From: an uncultured archaeon
GTDB taxonomy: Archaea; Iainarchaeota; Iainarchaeia; Iainarchaeales; 1-14-0-10-31-34
DNA length: 54,741 nt
Assembly (NCBI GenBank): GCA_964442255.1
Contig: CAYTYC010000007.1
Coordinates: forward strand, 1-54,741
Direction: 5' to 3'
Positions within the stretch are counted from its first letter, which is position 1. The number at the start of each line of letters is the position of its first letter. The translations under genes were made by a program, and so were the position numbers. The notes under the pieces are model-generated. The model did no database searches and was not told the origin of the DNA. It saw only the letters and a program-made list of their open reading frames with translations. Of this stretch, positions 37,686 through 47,475 are shown piece after piece.

Positions 37686-39575
37686 ATGGAAATAATAAAG
37701 GAAGTCAAGGAAGTAATCAACTCAGCCCTTCCAAAGGAAGCGGAAATAACAAACGTGGACATGGAAGGCCCGGAAGTGGCGGTTTACACAAAGAACCCGA
37801 AAATCTTTTTTGAAAACGAAAACTTTGTGGCAAAAATCGCCTTTGAATTAAAGAAACGGGTAAACATCCGAACAGACAAGTCACTGCTGCAGGAAGAGGA
37901 AAAGGCGCTCAGGGAAATAAAGGAAATCGTGCCGGAGGAAGCTGAAGTAAAGGACATTTACTTCAACCCCTCATTCAGTGAGGTGGTGATAGAGGCGATA
38001 AAACCGGGGCTGGTGATAGGGAAAGGCGGGGAAACCTCAAAGCAAATAATAATCAGAACCGGCTGGACACCCCGCATTTTGCGCTCCCCAACCTCGCCCT
38101 CGGAAATACTGAAAGGGCTTAGGAGGCATTTGCACAAGCACAGCGCGGAAAGAAAAAAAATCCTTCAGGAAACCGCGAGAAAAATTTACAGAGAAGTCGG
38201 ATTAAACGGAAACGGCTGGGTGAGGGTTACGGGTTTAGGGGGATTCAGGCAGGTTGGAAGAAGCTGCGTGCTGGTTGAAACCCCTGAAACAAAGGTTTTA
38301 CTGGACTGCGGAATCAATGTGGCAAACCCTGACAAGGCCTACCCTTACCTGGATGCATTGAGGTTTCCGGTGGATCAGCTTGACGCGGTTGTGGTGAGCC
38401 ACGCGCACCTTGACCACAGCGGATTTGTGCCTTACCTGTTCAAAAGCGGATACCGCGGGCCGGTGTACTGCACGCCTCCCACCCGGGACTTAATGGCGCT
38501 GCTGCAGTTTGACTACGTGGACGTTTTGGTGAAGGAAGGCAAGGACCCCGCGTACACTGAAAGGGACGTAAAGGAATGCGTGAAATACTGCATTCCCCGC
38601 GAGTACAGGGAGGTAACGGACATAGCGCCTGACATGAGGCTTACCCTTCACAATGCGGCGCACATCCTGGGCTCTGCTTCAGTTCACCTCCACATGGGGG
38701 AAGGCGGGCACAATTTGGTGTACAGCTCGGACTTGAAGTTCGGCTTCACAAGGCTCTTCAACAACGTGGACTTAAAGTATCCGAGGCTTGAAACGCTGAT
38801 AATTGAGTCAACTTACGGGGGAAAAGACGACATAATGCCTGACAGGCAGCACGCTGAAGACAAGCTCATACAAATAATAAAGGAAACAATGGAAAACGAC
38901 GGAAACGTTTTGGTTCCTGTTTTCTCCGTGGGAAGGGCACAGGAGCTTCTGCTTGTTTTGGAGGAATACTACCGGCGCGGGGTAATTGAAGGAAAAGTGT
39001 TCATTGACGGAATGACAAAAGAGGCAAGCGCAATCCACACCGCATATCCGGAGTATCTGCGCAAAGGGGTGCAAAGAAGAGTGCTGACAAACGATTCCCC
39101 ATTCACTTCGGAAATTTTTCAGACAGCCGACGCAAGCAGCAGGGAAGAGGTCACCGCGGAAAAAGGCGCAGTAATACTTGCTTCAGCCGGAATGCTTACC
39201 GGCGGGCCATCAGTGCAATACCTGTACAAGCTGGCAGGGGACGCAAACAATACGCTAATTTTTGTGGGCTACCAGGGCGAAGGCTCTTTGGGGCGAAGAA
39301 TCCAGCAGGGATTAAGGGAGATTCCAATGCAGGAAAACGGGAAAACCCGGGCGCTGAACATAAAAATGCGGGTTGAAACAGTGGACGGATTTTCCGGGCA
39401 CTCGGACAAAAACCAGCTGGTTAATTATGTAAGAAACCTGAACCCCAAGCCAAAAAGGATTCTGGTAAACCACGGGGAAAAAAGCAATACCCTGGAGTTC
39501 TCCAGATACCTTTCACAAAAATTCAGGGTGAACGCTGTTTCGCTCAGAAACCTGGATGCGGTCAGGCTGAAGTGA
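37686..39575 (+). CDS. fttA: aCPSF1/FttA KH-domain beta-CASP ribonuclease (transcription termination factor)
   Basis: KH KPGLVIGKGG; SHAHLDH; AAHILGS; ESTYGG; FSGHSD; NHGE; conserved position after psmB. Confidence 0.97.
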   Translation: MEIIKEVKEVINSALPKEAEITNVDMEGPEVAVYTKNPKIFFENENFVAKIAFELKKRVNIRTDKSLLQEEEKALREIKEIVPEEAEVKDIYFNPSFSEVVIEAIKPGLVIGKGGETSKQIIIRTGWTPRILRSPTSPSEILKGLRRHLHKHSAERKKILQETARKIYREVGLNGNGWVRVTGLGGFRQVGRSCVLVETPETKVLLDCGINVANPDKAYPYLDALRFPVDQLDAVVVSHAHLDHSGFVPYLFKSGYRGPVYCTPPTRDLMALLQFDYVDVLVKEGKDPAYTERDVKECVKYCIPREYREVTDIAPDMRLTLHNAAHILGSASVHLHMGEGGHNLVYSSDLKFGFTRLFNNVDLKYPRLETLIIESTYGGKDDIMPDRQHAEDKLIQIIKETMENDGNVLVPVFSVGRAQELLLVLEEYYRRGVIEGKVFIDGMTKEASAIHTAYPEYLRKGVQRRVLTNDSPFTSEIFQTADASSREEVTAEKGAVILASAGMLTGGPSVQYLYKLAGDANNTLIFVGYQGEGSLGRRIQQGLREIPMQENGKTRALNIKMRVETVDGFSGHSDKNQLVNYVRNLNPKPKRILVNHGEKSNTLEFSRYLSQKFRVNAVSLRNLDAVRLK

Positions 39576-39616
39576 AAACCTGCTTTTAAAGGAAAATACG
39601 GGCACAAAAGGCAATT

Positions 39617-39807
39617 ATACATAACCCCGTTTTTTGCGGAAAAAAATTTTTTCCAAAAATACATAAAAAAAATAAATATACATAAAAAAATAAGCCCGTA
39701 TAGGGCTCTATTTCGGTAAAAAAACCCCTTAAAGGGGGTATACATAAAAAAAAGCCCAAAAAAGCGTTTTTTTACCGAAAGATATTTAAATACAATAGTC
39801 CTATTGT
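39617..39807 (+). promoter_or_regulatory. AT-rich region with four ATACATAA direct repeats, a TATA box and an ACAATAG-N2-CTATTGT palindrome
   Basis: Repeats at 39617, 39659, 39678 and 39740; TTTAAATA at 39785-39792; palindrome at 39792-39807. Confidence 0.55.
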
Positions 39808-39835
39808 TAGTGTTGCATTAAAGGGTGCCAAAAAA

Positions 39836-39994
39836 ATGGTTGAGTACATAAGCTCAAGGGAAAGGCTCACCTTGAATAAAAGCGATAAGCTCGCCTTAAA
39901 CGTCGCGCAAAGGCTCTGCAATGCCCTGGAATGCAAGGGCATGAAGAAAAGCGACGGAGAAATCGCTTTATTCAAGAACAAAAATCACCCCTAA
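39836..39994 (+). CDS. 52-aa hypothetical protein (MVEYISSRERLTL...KNKNHP)
   Basis: TATA box and GGGTG SD upstream; not in the ORF track. Confidence 0.55.
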   Translation: MVEYISSRERLTLNKSDKLALNVAQRLCNALECKGMKKSDGEIALFKNKNHP

Positions 39995-40146
39995 TAAAAG
40001 CCCTTAAACCCCTTTAATGCAGCCCCTCTTTTTATTGCCGTACAGAAGTCCGGCGCCTCCCGCAAAAAAAGCAGGCCTTCAGCCGCGGAACCGCTTTTTG
40101 GTTCCCCTAAGCTTCTAAACTGTTTCCATCCAATTATCTTTTTACC

Positions 40147-40632
40147 ATGCGGCTTATCATCACCGGAACCCCCGGAGTGGGAAAAACAAGCGTGGCTGAA
40201 GCGCTGCGAAAGAGGCTGAAGCTGAAGGCATTGAATGAAAGGCACGTTGCGCTCAAGGAAAAAATCGGCGGGTTTGAGGAAGGGGAATACGCAATCCCCC
40301 TGGATGAATTCAGGAAAGCCCTGAAACAAATTCTACATAAAAAGGGGGGCCTGATTTTGGAGGGGCACACACTCTGCGAAATCAAGCTGAAGGCGGACGC
40401 AATAGTGGTTTTAAGGGAAAAACCCGAAAAAGTGGAGGCACGGTTGAGGGGAAGGGGATACAGCGAGGAAAAGGTGCAGGACAACGTGATGTGCGAAGGG
40501 ATTGACTACTGCAAGAAATATGCTTTAAGGAACTATGGGAAAGAAAAATTAATTGAAGTCCACTGCGGAAAAACAGTGAAAGAAACAGTGGAAAAGGTTC
40601 TGAAAGAATTAAAGCAAAGAGGGCTGAAATGA
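40147..40632 (+). CDS. AK6/Fap7-type adenylate kinase
   Basis: ITGTPGVGKT, LEGH and RLRGRGYSEEKVQDN. Confidence 0.92.
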   Translation: MRLIITGTPGVGKTSVAEALRKRLKLKALNERHVALKEKIGGFEEGEYAIPLDEFRKALKQILHKKGGLILEGHTLCEIKLKADAIVVLREKPEKVEARLRGRGYSEEKVQDNVMCEGIDYCKKYALRNYGKEKLIEVHCGKTVKETVEKVLKELKQRGLK

Positions 40633-41861
40633 GGAAACTCTTCGGATTGCTGGTTTTTCTGGTTTTGGCGCCCCTGGCCTCAGGGGAAACGCTGAAGGAA
40701 AGAAACTTCACTGATTTGGGCTATGAAGGCTTTGGGGTAAAGGGGGCAAGCCAGGAAAGCTGCAGGCAAATAATTTTCTCCATGGATTTAGGGCCGGCAG
40801 AGGAAAGCCATTACACATACCTTTCCCTTCACGCGAATTTTTTTCCGACCTCAACAGGAACCGCTTCAATAAGCGTTTACCTGAATGGCGGGGAAGAGGC
40901 CGTGGAAGAGCTTGCGGCAAAAGACTTCAAGGAAGGCTGGGCGAGGGCAAGGCTGCAAAACGCGGAACTAAAGGAAAAAAACGAGTTAACTATTTGCATG
41001 AAAACGTCAAGCTCAACCACAAAAATAATGGTAAGGGAGGACTCGAAAATCGGCACATATCTTGCGCCTTTTTTCGGGAAAAACGATTTCACGAAAAACA
41101 CCGCGGAATGGAGGGTTACAACAGGAAACCCCGTGAAGGTTGAGGTCATTTTAAGGAACTCGGGAAGCGAAGAAAGCCCTTACAAAATCTTTGCGCAAAA
41201 CCCCTCCCGGGAAAGGCCGGACATCACAATATTGGAGGGAAAAACAAGGGACGAAGGAATTTTGGGGGCCGGGAAAGAAGTGAGGCTGGAATACTTCATA
41301 AGGGTTGACGAAGAGGGAACCCGCGGGCTTCCGAATGCAATAGCGGAAGTGGAAAACGTTTTTGGGGAAAAGATTTCGCTTGAAAGCAATTACCCGGAAA
41401 TAGTTGTGCAGGGATTTGGGCAAAAGCTCAAGCCAATTGTTTTGCTGGAAAAAGGAAAAATTAAAACCCTGGAAAAAGTAAGCGCAACAATCCTCGTGAA
41501 AAACGAGGGGCCAGGCCCGCAGTACAACGTAAAGCTAAAAATAAGGGAAAGCGGGGGCCTGAATATTGCGGGCGAAAAAAAGGAAACAATCGAAGTGATA
41601 GGGGCAAAGGAAAGCTTTGGAAAAGAATTCACTTTTTCCGCTGCAAGGCCCGGAAAATATTCCCTGAGCTGTTCACTGGATTACCTGGACCAAAACGCAA
41701 GCACAGTGCAGTGCAGCCCGGTGGAAATAATTGTTGAAGAACCCGGAATAGGGGCGGGAATATTAATCGGGGTTGTAATGCTTTTAATTGGGCTCGGAAT
41801 ATATTCGTATTTGTACTTCAGCACCAGGGAAAAAAGGCCTTCTCCGCCCCCCTCCGCATAA
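40629..41861 (+). CDS. Surface protein with BatD/CARDB-like Ig domains and C-terminal TM
   Basis: Signal peptide; ILRNSGSE and LVKNEGPG Ig-like repeats; C-terminal anchor. Confidence 0.75.
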   Translation: MRKLFGLLVFLVLAPLASGETLKERNFTDLGYEGFGVKGASQESCRQIIFSMDLGPAEESHYTYLSLHANFFPTSTGTASISVYLNGGEEAVEELAAKDFKEGWARARLQNAELKEKNELTICMKTSSSTTKIMVREDSKIGTYLAPFFGKNDFTKNTAEWRVTTGNPVKVEVILRNSGSEESPYKIFAQNPSRERPDITILEGKTRDEGILGAGKEVRLEYFIRVDEEGTRGLPNAIAEVENVFGEKISLESNYPEIVVQGFGQKLKPIVLLEKGKIKTLEKVSATILVKNEGPGPQYNVKLKIRESGGLNIAGEKKETIEVIGAKESFGKEFTFSAARPGKYSLSCSLDYLDQNASTVQCSPVEIIVEEPGIGAGILIGVVMLLIGLGIYSYLYFSTREKRPSPPPSA

Positions 41862-41866
41862 AAAAC

Positions 41867-44800
41867 TTATTTTCTAAGGGAAGGAACCGGCCTGGGTTTG
41901 GGTTCTTTTTTCCTTAATTTTTTTCCGTAAAGCCTGTAAAAAAGGGCTGCGGCGGCAAGCAAGGCAAGGGGAAATGCGGCTGCAGGCACACTAAAGGCTT
42001 CAGGCGGGGAAGCAAAAAAAAGCCCTGCGGCCTTCTCCGAAAAAGCAATTGACTCAAGGAAACCGCCTTCCTCAAACCGCTTCCTTGCGCTGGAAAAGAA
42101 AAAGTAAAGCTCTTCATTCCCCGGGTCAGTGCCTGAAACCTCTTCCGCACGGGACAGGAAAAAGGCCGCGTCCTCCTTAAGCTTGCTTAAGGCGTTGGAC
42201 GCCTCATTTTGGAGTGCGTTTGCTTCGGAAAGCGCATCGGAAAGGGGCTTATCTATTTTCTGCGCAAGCATGAACGCCTTTTCCGTTTCGCCTTCCTTAA
42301 ACGCTTTCCGGAATTCTTCAACCTGTTTTTGAAGGGAAAGGGAAGGAATTGAGCCAAGCTTGAGTTCAATTGCCTTCACCCTTTCCGCGCCAATGGGGGG
42401 AAAATATTTTTCAGGAATTTCTTCCACGGAAAAAATTTCCTTAAGCAGGGAAATGCTTTCCATTAATTGCGGGGAGGAAATGGTTTCCCCAAGCCCCAGA
42501 ATCTTTCCGTTCACCTTTTCATTGAATGACTGCTTTGCAGTGAAGGCCGCGGAATTGAAGTCCCTTGTTTCCTGTTCAAGCCGCATCAATGAATTCCCCG
42601 CCTGCAAAAGGTTTCCGGATGAAATGAAAGACAAAAGGGATTCACGGGTTTGCGGAATTTTTTTTCCAATTGAAAGGTTTCCGGAAAATCCCAAAAAAGA
42701 AACGGGTTCCTGAAGGGAACGGAATTCACTCCAAACGCTTTCCGCCTTTGAGGAAATTGCCTGGCTTAAATCAGGCGCCGGCTCTAAGGAAGAAATGCCC
42801 GCAAAAAGCGCTTCATTGGCTTTCCCGAATTCTTCCGCTGAAAAACGGGATTCCGCTTCATTCAATTTTTCCGACGCCCCATCCAGGGAATCGCGCAGGG
42901 AAAAAGCCCCGGGAAAGCCAAATTCATCGGCTTTTTCAAGGAAAGATGCTGACTCTTCAGCCAGTTTCAGGAGCCTTTCACGGAGCTCAAAAAAGGAATC
43001 CTTTTGGGCGAGAAGTTCCAGGGAACGGGCGGAAAGAAAAGCGGTTTCATTCCCCAAAGAAGAAATTGCTTTTGCGGAAGAAATGGAAGAAAAATCGGTT
43101 TGGCTTTCAAGCTCCAAAAGCCTTTCCTCAATTCCCACGGCTTTTTCCCTCACCTCAGCGAATTCACTGAACTTCAGTTCACTTAACCCTTCTTCCAGAT
43201 CCCGGAAGGTTTTATTCCAGAAAGCGCTGAAGTCCCTTACTTTAAGGAAAAAATTCAGGGAAATGCTTTGGTTTGGGAGGAGCCCGGAAACCCCAAAGGA
43301 AAAAGAATTGTTTTTGAGGGGGGTTGTTTTAATTTTCTTTCCCCTGGAGTCAGTTAACTCGAACTCCTCCACCAGCCCTGAATTCAAATCAAACGGAAGC
43401 TTTAAGGAAACTTTTTCAGCTTTAACTGGAAGCCGGTTGGTTACTTTGATTGAGTAAATCATGGAAAATGTGTTCTGGTCAAGCTGTCTGGATTCAGTTA
43501 AATTCACTGAAGCCGCGATTGGCCCGGAAACAGAGAAAAACAATTCAACTTTCCCGCTCCCCCCAATCTTTTGAAGCTCAAAAAAAGCTTTTCCCCCCGA
43601 AAGAAAGGAAGGGATTTCCTTTCCATTAAACACGGCAATCAATTCAAAGGGCTCAAGAGGATTCAAAAGAGGTTGCACAATATTCAAGGAATTGAGCTTA
43701 AAGGGGGAACTAAAGGAAAGCGTTTTTTTTACAAACGCCTTAAACTGGTCCAGGTAAAGCAGCTCAATTTCTTCGTCAGGGAAAAGCCCGGCTTCCGGAA
43801 AATTAAATTCAATCCATGTGCCGGAAAGAGGCACATTGTTCAAATCAACAAAAAGTTCTCCATCTTTTCTGGAAACATTCAAAACATTCGGGGAAGAAGC
43901 GAAATAATTGAAATCCGGAACAATTAATGGAAGGGAAAAAGAAAGAGGGGAAGCAAAAGAAAAGTTAAAAGGGTTTTGAAAGGAAAGCAAAGCAGTCGCG
44001 GAAAACGGCTTATTGAATTCAACATGCTCAGGGGTGAGGGCCTTAAACTCAAAGTTTTCCTTAAAGTGCTTAATGAGCGCCTCCCTGTAAAGTTCAAGTG
44101 CATCGGAATGCAGGCCGGAAACTGATTCACTTAAATCAGAGGTTATTCCAATGGATTCATTCAAACTCAAATGTGTCCCTGCAAAGTGGTCATCCAACTT
44201 TTTGAATCGCGAATTAAGTGAATCCAGCTGAGAAGAGGAAAAAATTTCCGGAAAATGGGCAGAAGAGGCGTTAATGGAGGAGGTTAGGGAGGATAATTCA
44301 CCAAATTTGCCTTCAAGGAACAGGATTTCCGGCTGCGAGTGAATGAATCCCTGCACCTGTTTTTGGAGGTTTAAGCAGTTGTTTAAAGTGGCATAGTCCA
44401 GTGGGGCGCTGTTTTTGGCATATTTAAGGGAGGAAAACTGGTTTTGGAAAAGTGTTAAGTCACTGCGCAGTGAAAACATTTTCCCCAAAAAATCCATGCA
44501 TTCAGCGAACTGGGAATTCAGAGTGCCGTGCAAAATTTCGGAGTTTTGTCTCCCTTCATTGAATTCAGAGAAAAATTGGTTAACTTCCTTGCATAAAAGA
44601 AGTTTTTCTTTTGGTTCAGCGGACTTAAAAGAAAAAACCTTTGCTTCAATCAATGCACGCAAGTCCTTTAGTTCGGTTGGGGAGTGAAAATCAAATTGGA
44701 TTCCGTCCAAATCATTTTCAATCTGGTTAACTCTTGCGTTGCACAGGGCCCGGACATCCTCAATGACAGTGTTTCCAAAGAAATCGGTTTTTTCAATGAA

Positions 44801-46042
44801 GAGGGCAAGCTCCGCGGAAAGGCTTTTGAGTTCGCTTAACTCTTCACCCAAGGAAATTTCATCCAAAAAAGCCCTGGAATTTAATTCAGTGAACCGCTGT
44901 TCAAGGAAAAACAGTTCATCCGCCGCTTTCGGGTGAAAAGAGCTCAGCTCAACTGAATCAAACTTTGCTGCGGCAATGCTTGAATCACTGGAAAGGCTTT
45001 CCCGCAGGGAAAACAAAAAATTCTGGTCAAAGTGCGAGTAAAAATCGGGGTCAATTGAGTCAACTTTTTGTCCGGCTTCAGCCAAAAGAAAAGCAATTTC
45101 CTTTCGGAGGGCCCCTTTGGAAGAACGGACTTCATCCAGGTGCAGGGAAGAATAATGGAAAAAGGAGCCGAACTCCGCTGCAACAGAGGAATCCGTTCCA
45201 ATAAAGGAGTTAAAGGAGTCAAAAAGGCTGAAGGACGGCATCGCATTCAATGCCTCCAGCGAACGCACCATGTTAAAGTTTCCGGCGACAAGGGAAAAAA
45301 TTTTCAGATAAGTGTTTTTCAGCATTGGAATAAAAAAATGCGTTTCAGGGAGCTGCTGAAGGAGGTCCTCATCATAAAAGTCAATTACATTAACCAAAGT
45401 GGCTTTGCGGAGGTAAACCGGCTCAAAGCCTGCAAGAAGCAGCCGGGAATTCAGTTCCTCAACGCGCCGAAGGTAAAAGGAAACAAAGGAATCCGATTCA
45501 GTGTCTGAGGAAGCCAAATCGTTGAGGTTCTGGCTTAAAAGAATCAGGTCATCAAACACTTTTTCCTCCTTGATTTTTTCGGTTTCCTCTTCAACCAAAA
45601 AGTTTTTTTGCAAAGCAATTGCGGAAAAAGAGTCCTCGCTCAAGTAATCGATTTCCTCCACGACACGGGAAAGAAAAAAATGCAACTCGTTTGTGAGCGC
45701 GGGAAGGGAAGAATAGTCTTCAGTGCTGCATGCAAGGTTGAGCTTTTGGGCGGTTTGCAGGGATTTATGGTAATAAAGCCAGGAGGAAGCCAGGTGGTTT
45801 TTGAAGGAATGCAGTTTCAGCCTGACTTCATTTGAAAACACTTTTTGGTTAAAGGAAAAAAAGTTTTTCTCCACTTTTTCCGTGCATTCCCCCTGGCTGT
45901 AGCATTCCGGAATGCTGGAGGAAGAGTGCGAGGTTAACACCATGCAGGCTCTCCTCGCATCTTCCACCTCCTCCTCTCCCACCAGGCAGCCGGAGAAAAA
46001 AAGAAAAGCAAACAACAGCGGGATAAAATGGAAAAACTTCAT
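41867..46042 (-). CDS. Large (1391 aa) putative lipoprotein with helical/coiled-coil and beta domains and a C-terminal TM
   Basis: FFSGC lipobox; C-terminal hydrophobic helix followed by a basic tail. Confidence 0.75.
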   Translation of the reverse strand: MKFFHFIPLLFAFLFFSGCLVGEEEVEDARRACMVLTSHSSSSIPECYSQGECTEKVEKNFFSFNQKVFSNEVRLKLHSFKNHLASSWLYYHKSLQTAQKLNLACSTEDYSSLPALTNELHFFLSRVVEEIDYLSEDSFSAIALQKNFLVEEETEKIKEEKVFDDLILLSQNLNDLASSDTESDSFVSFYLRRVEELNSRLLLAGFEPVYLRKATLVNVIDFYDEDLLQQLPETHFFIPMLKNTYLKIFSLVAGNFNMVRSLEALNAMPSFSLFDSFNSFIGTDSSVAAEFGSFFHYSSLHLDEVRSSKGALRKEIAFLLAEAGQKVDSIDPDFYSHFDQNFLFSLRESLSSDSSIAAAKFDSVELSSFHPKAADELFFLEQRFTELNSRAFLDEISLGEELSELKSLSAELALFIEKTDFFGNTVIEDVRALCNARVNQIENDLDGIQFDFHSPTELKDLRALIEAKVFSFKSAEPKEKLLLCKEVNQFFSEFNEGRQNSEILHGTLNSQFAECMDFLGKMFSLRSDLTLFQNQFSSLKYAKNSAPLDYATLNNCLNLQKQVQGFIHSQPEILFLEGKFGELSSLTSSINASSAHFPEIFSSSQLDSLNSRFKKLDDHFAGTHLSLNESIGITSDLSESVSGLHSDALELYREALIKHFKENFEFKALTPEHVEFNKPFSATALLSFQNPFNFSFASPLSFSLPLIVPDFNYFASSPNVLNVSRKDGELFVDLNNVPLSGTWIEFNFPEAGLFPDEEIELLYLDQFKAFVKKTLSFSSPFKLNSLNIVQPLLNPLEPFELIAVFNGKEIPSFLSGGKAFFELQKIGGSGKVELFFSVSGPIAASVNLTESRQLDQNTFSMIYSIKVTNRLPVKAEKVSLKLPFDLNSGLVEEFELTDSRGKKIKTTPLKNNSFSFGVSGLLPNQSISLNFFLKVRDFSAFWNKTFRDLEEGLSELKFSEFAEVREKAVGIEERLLELESQTDFSSISSAKAISSLGNETAFLSARSLELLAQKDSFFELRERLLKLAEESASFLEKADEFGFPGAFSLRDSLDGASEKLNEAESRFSAEEFGKANEALFAGISSLEPAPDLSQAISSKAESVWSEFRSLQEPVSFLGFSGNLSIGKKIPQTRESLLSFISSGNLLQAGNSLMRLEQETRDFNSAAFTAKQSFNEKVNGKILGLGETISSPQLMESISLLKEIFSVEEIPEKYFPPIGAERVKAIELKLGSIPSLSLQKQVEEFRKAFKEGETEKAFMLAQKIDKPLSDALSEANALQNEASNALSKLKEDAAFFLSRAEEVSGTDPGNEELYFFFSSARKRFEEGGFLESIAFSEKAAGLFFASPPEAFSVPAAAFPLALLAAAALFYRLYGKKLRKKEPKPRPVPSLRK

Positions 46043-46157
46043 CCAAGTGGAACGCGGGAAAAAAGCATTAAAAAAAGTTTTCTACGTGGATAAGCGAACC
46101 CCTTTGGGAATCGACGAAGAAAACTTTTTATTAAATAGGTGTTGAGGTATTACATAT

Positions 46158-46597
46158 ATAGCCAGGCTGTCGGTTGACCAGAAGCTGAAGAAAGGCGACT
46201 TCATTGTCGTAATCAGGGTTTTCAGGGTTCCGGGATCCAGGAAAATGCCGGAAAGAATCAGGTACAGTTTAGCGCTCATACACAAAGAGAAAAGAGTTCC
46301 GGGATACGACCACAGCCTGCTGGAAAGCCATCACAGGCACTTTCAGGGAAAGAAAACCAAGGTAAAGCCTGTTAATCAACGACTTCTTCAACAACAAGCA
46401 GTCCTACTTCATCTTTCAGGGAAAGAAAACCAAGGTAAAGCCTGTTAATCAACGACTTCTTCAACAACAAGCAGTCCTACTTCATCTTTCAGGGAAAGAA
46501 AACCAAGGTAAAGCCTGTTAAGCTGAGCGAACTGCTAAAGCGGTTCAGGAAAGAATGCGATAAAATCATGAAAAAATCACGGAGTGAAACAAGATGA
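46158..46597 (+). pseudogene. DUF6516/TumE-like toxin gene disrupted by two 73-nt repeat+insert units
   Basis: RVP..PERIRYSL..GYD..HHRHF motif; deleting 146 nt restores a frame ending in an ATGA overlap with the next gene; apparent start is ATA. Confidence 0.75.
46340..46521. repeat. Repeat-insert-repeat-insert-repeat array (36-nt repeat x3, identical 37-nt insert x2)
   Basis: Repeats 46340-46375, 46413-46448 and 46486-46521; inserts 46376-46412 and 46449-46485. Confidence 0.95.
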
Positions 46598-46974
46598 TTA
46601 AGGCGAAAGAAATCGAGATTAAAATTCAGTCCCGGGGGGATTTTTTCAAAGAAGCAGAAGCGAGAATTAAGAATATAGAGAAAGGAAAATTTCCAAAGAA
46701 GGGCGTTCGCTCTGTTTCATTCCATAATCTGGAAGAAGTGAAGAAAACGCTTACCTTAAAAAGGCTTGAGCTTTTGCATGCAGTGAGAAGAAAAAAACCG
46801 GCATCAATCTACGCTTTAGCCAAGCTCCTTGGAAGGGAAACAGAAAACGTGAACAGGGACGTTCACCTTTTGGAGGGCCTTGGTTTTCTTGAATTAAAAA
46901 AATCCAAAGAAAAACGGAAAAAGCTTGTTCCGCAAACAGAATTTAATGAAATCAAGATAGCGATTCCGATTTAA
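46594..46974 (+). CDS. HTH transcriptional regulator/antitoxin (HVO_A0114-like)
   Basis: LTLKRLELLHAV..PASIYALAKLLGR..NVNRDVHLLE..G; typical partner of DUF6516 genes. Confidence 0.85.
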   Translation: MIKAKEIEIKIQSRGDFFKEAEARIKNIEKGKFPKKGVRSVSFHNLEEVKKTLTLKRLELLHAVRRKKPASIYALAKLLGRETENVNRDVHLLEGLGFLELKKSKEKRKKLVPQTEFNEIKIAIPI

Positions 46975-46984
46975 TCCAAATACG

Positions 46985-47428
46985 TTAGTGAGGTTTCCTG
47001 GTTTCGCCAAACCCGAGTTTCCTGAAAAAAATTCCCCTCAATTCTTCCGCAACCATTTCATCAGGATAGAGCCTTCCTGATTTTCCCAAAACAAAGTCCC
47101 TAAAATGCAGCCCGTTTATTTTGGACGCCCCAATGCGGGGAACAAGCCGATCATCAAAAACAAACCTCACCCTTATCCTCACACTACGCCTTCCAAGCAG
47201 CAAATAAGACTGAAAAGAGTAAACGTCCTGCCCATAACGGTTAGTTTCAACAAACTTTACGGCGCCCATTCTTACCCCGGGGTAGGTTTCCTTCACCGCC
47301 TTTCTCCTCTCCCTGTCCAGCCTTTCGCGGGGGATTGAACGGCTTCTTTCAGCCCATTCCCTTGCACGCTGCATCTTTGCCCAAGCATCTCTCCACTTTG
47401 CAGTATCCCCGCTTTTTTTCCTTGGCAA
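46985..47428 (-). CDS. Basic hypothetical protein (paralog of 48018-48480)
   Basis: GGAGTG SD before TTG 47428; Arg-rich; shares YPG/VYSF/KING motifs with its neighbour. Confidence 0.65.
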   Translation of the reverse strand: MPRKKSGDTAKWRDAWAKMQRAREWAERSRSIPRERLDRERRKAVKETYPGVRMGAVKFVETNRYGQDVYSFQSYLLLGRRSVRIRVRFVFDDRLVPRIGASKINGLHFRDFVLGKSGRLYPDEMVAEELRGIFFRKLGFGETRKPH

Positions 47429-47475
47429 TTCAAGCACTCCCTAAAAATAAAAACCCTCTCACACTTATTTAACCT

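Noticed and set aside
46340..46521. Calling this a functional CRISPR array
   Set aside because: Both spacers are identical, the repeat is in-frame toxin coding sequence, and there is no leader or cas gene in the window; kept as a repeat and a finding instead.
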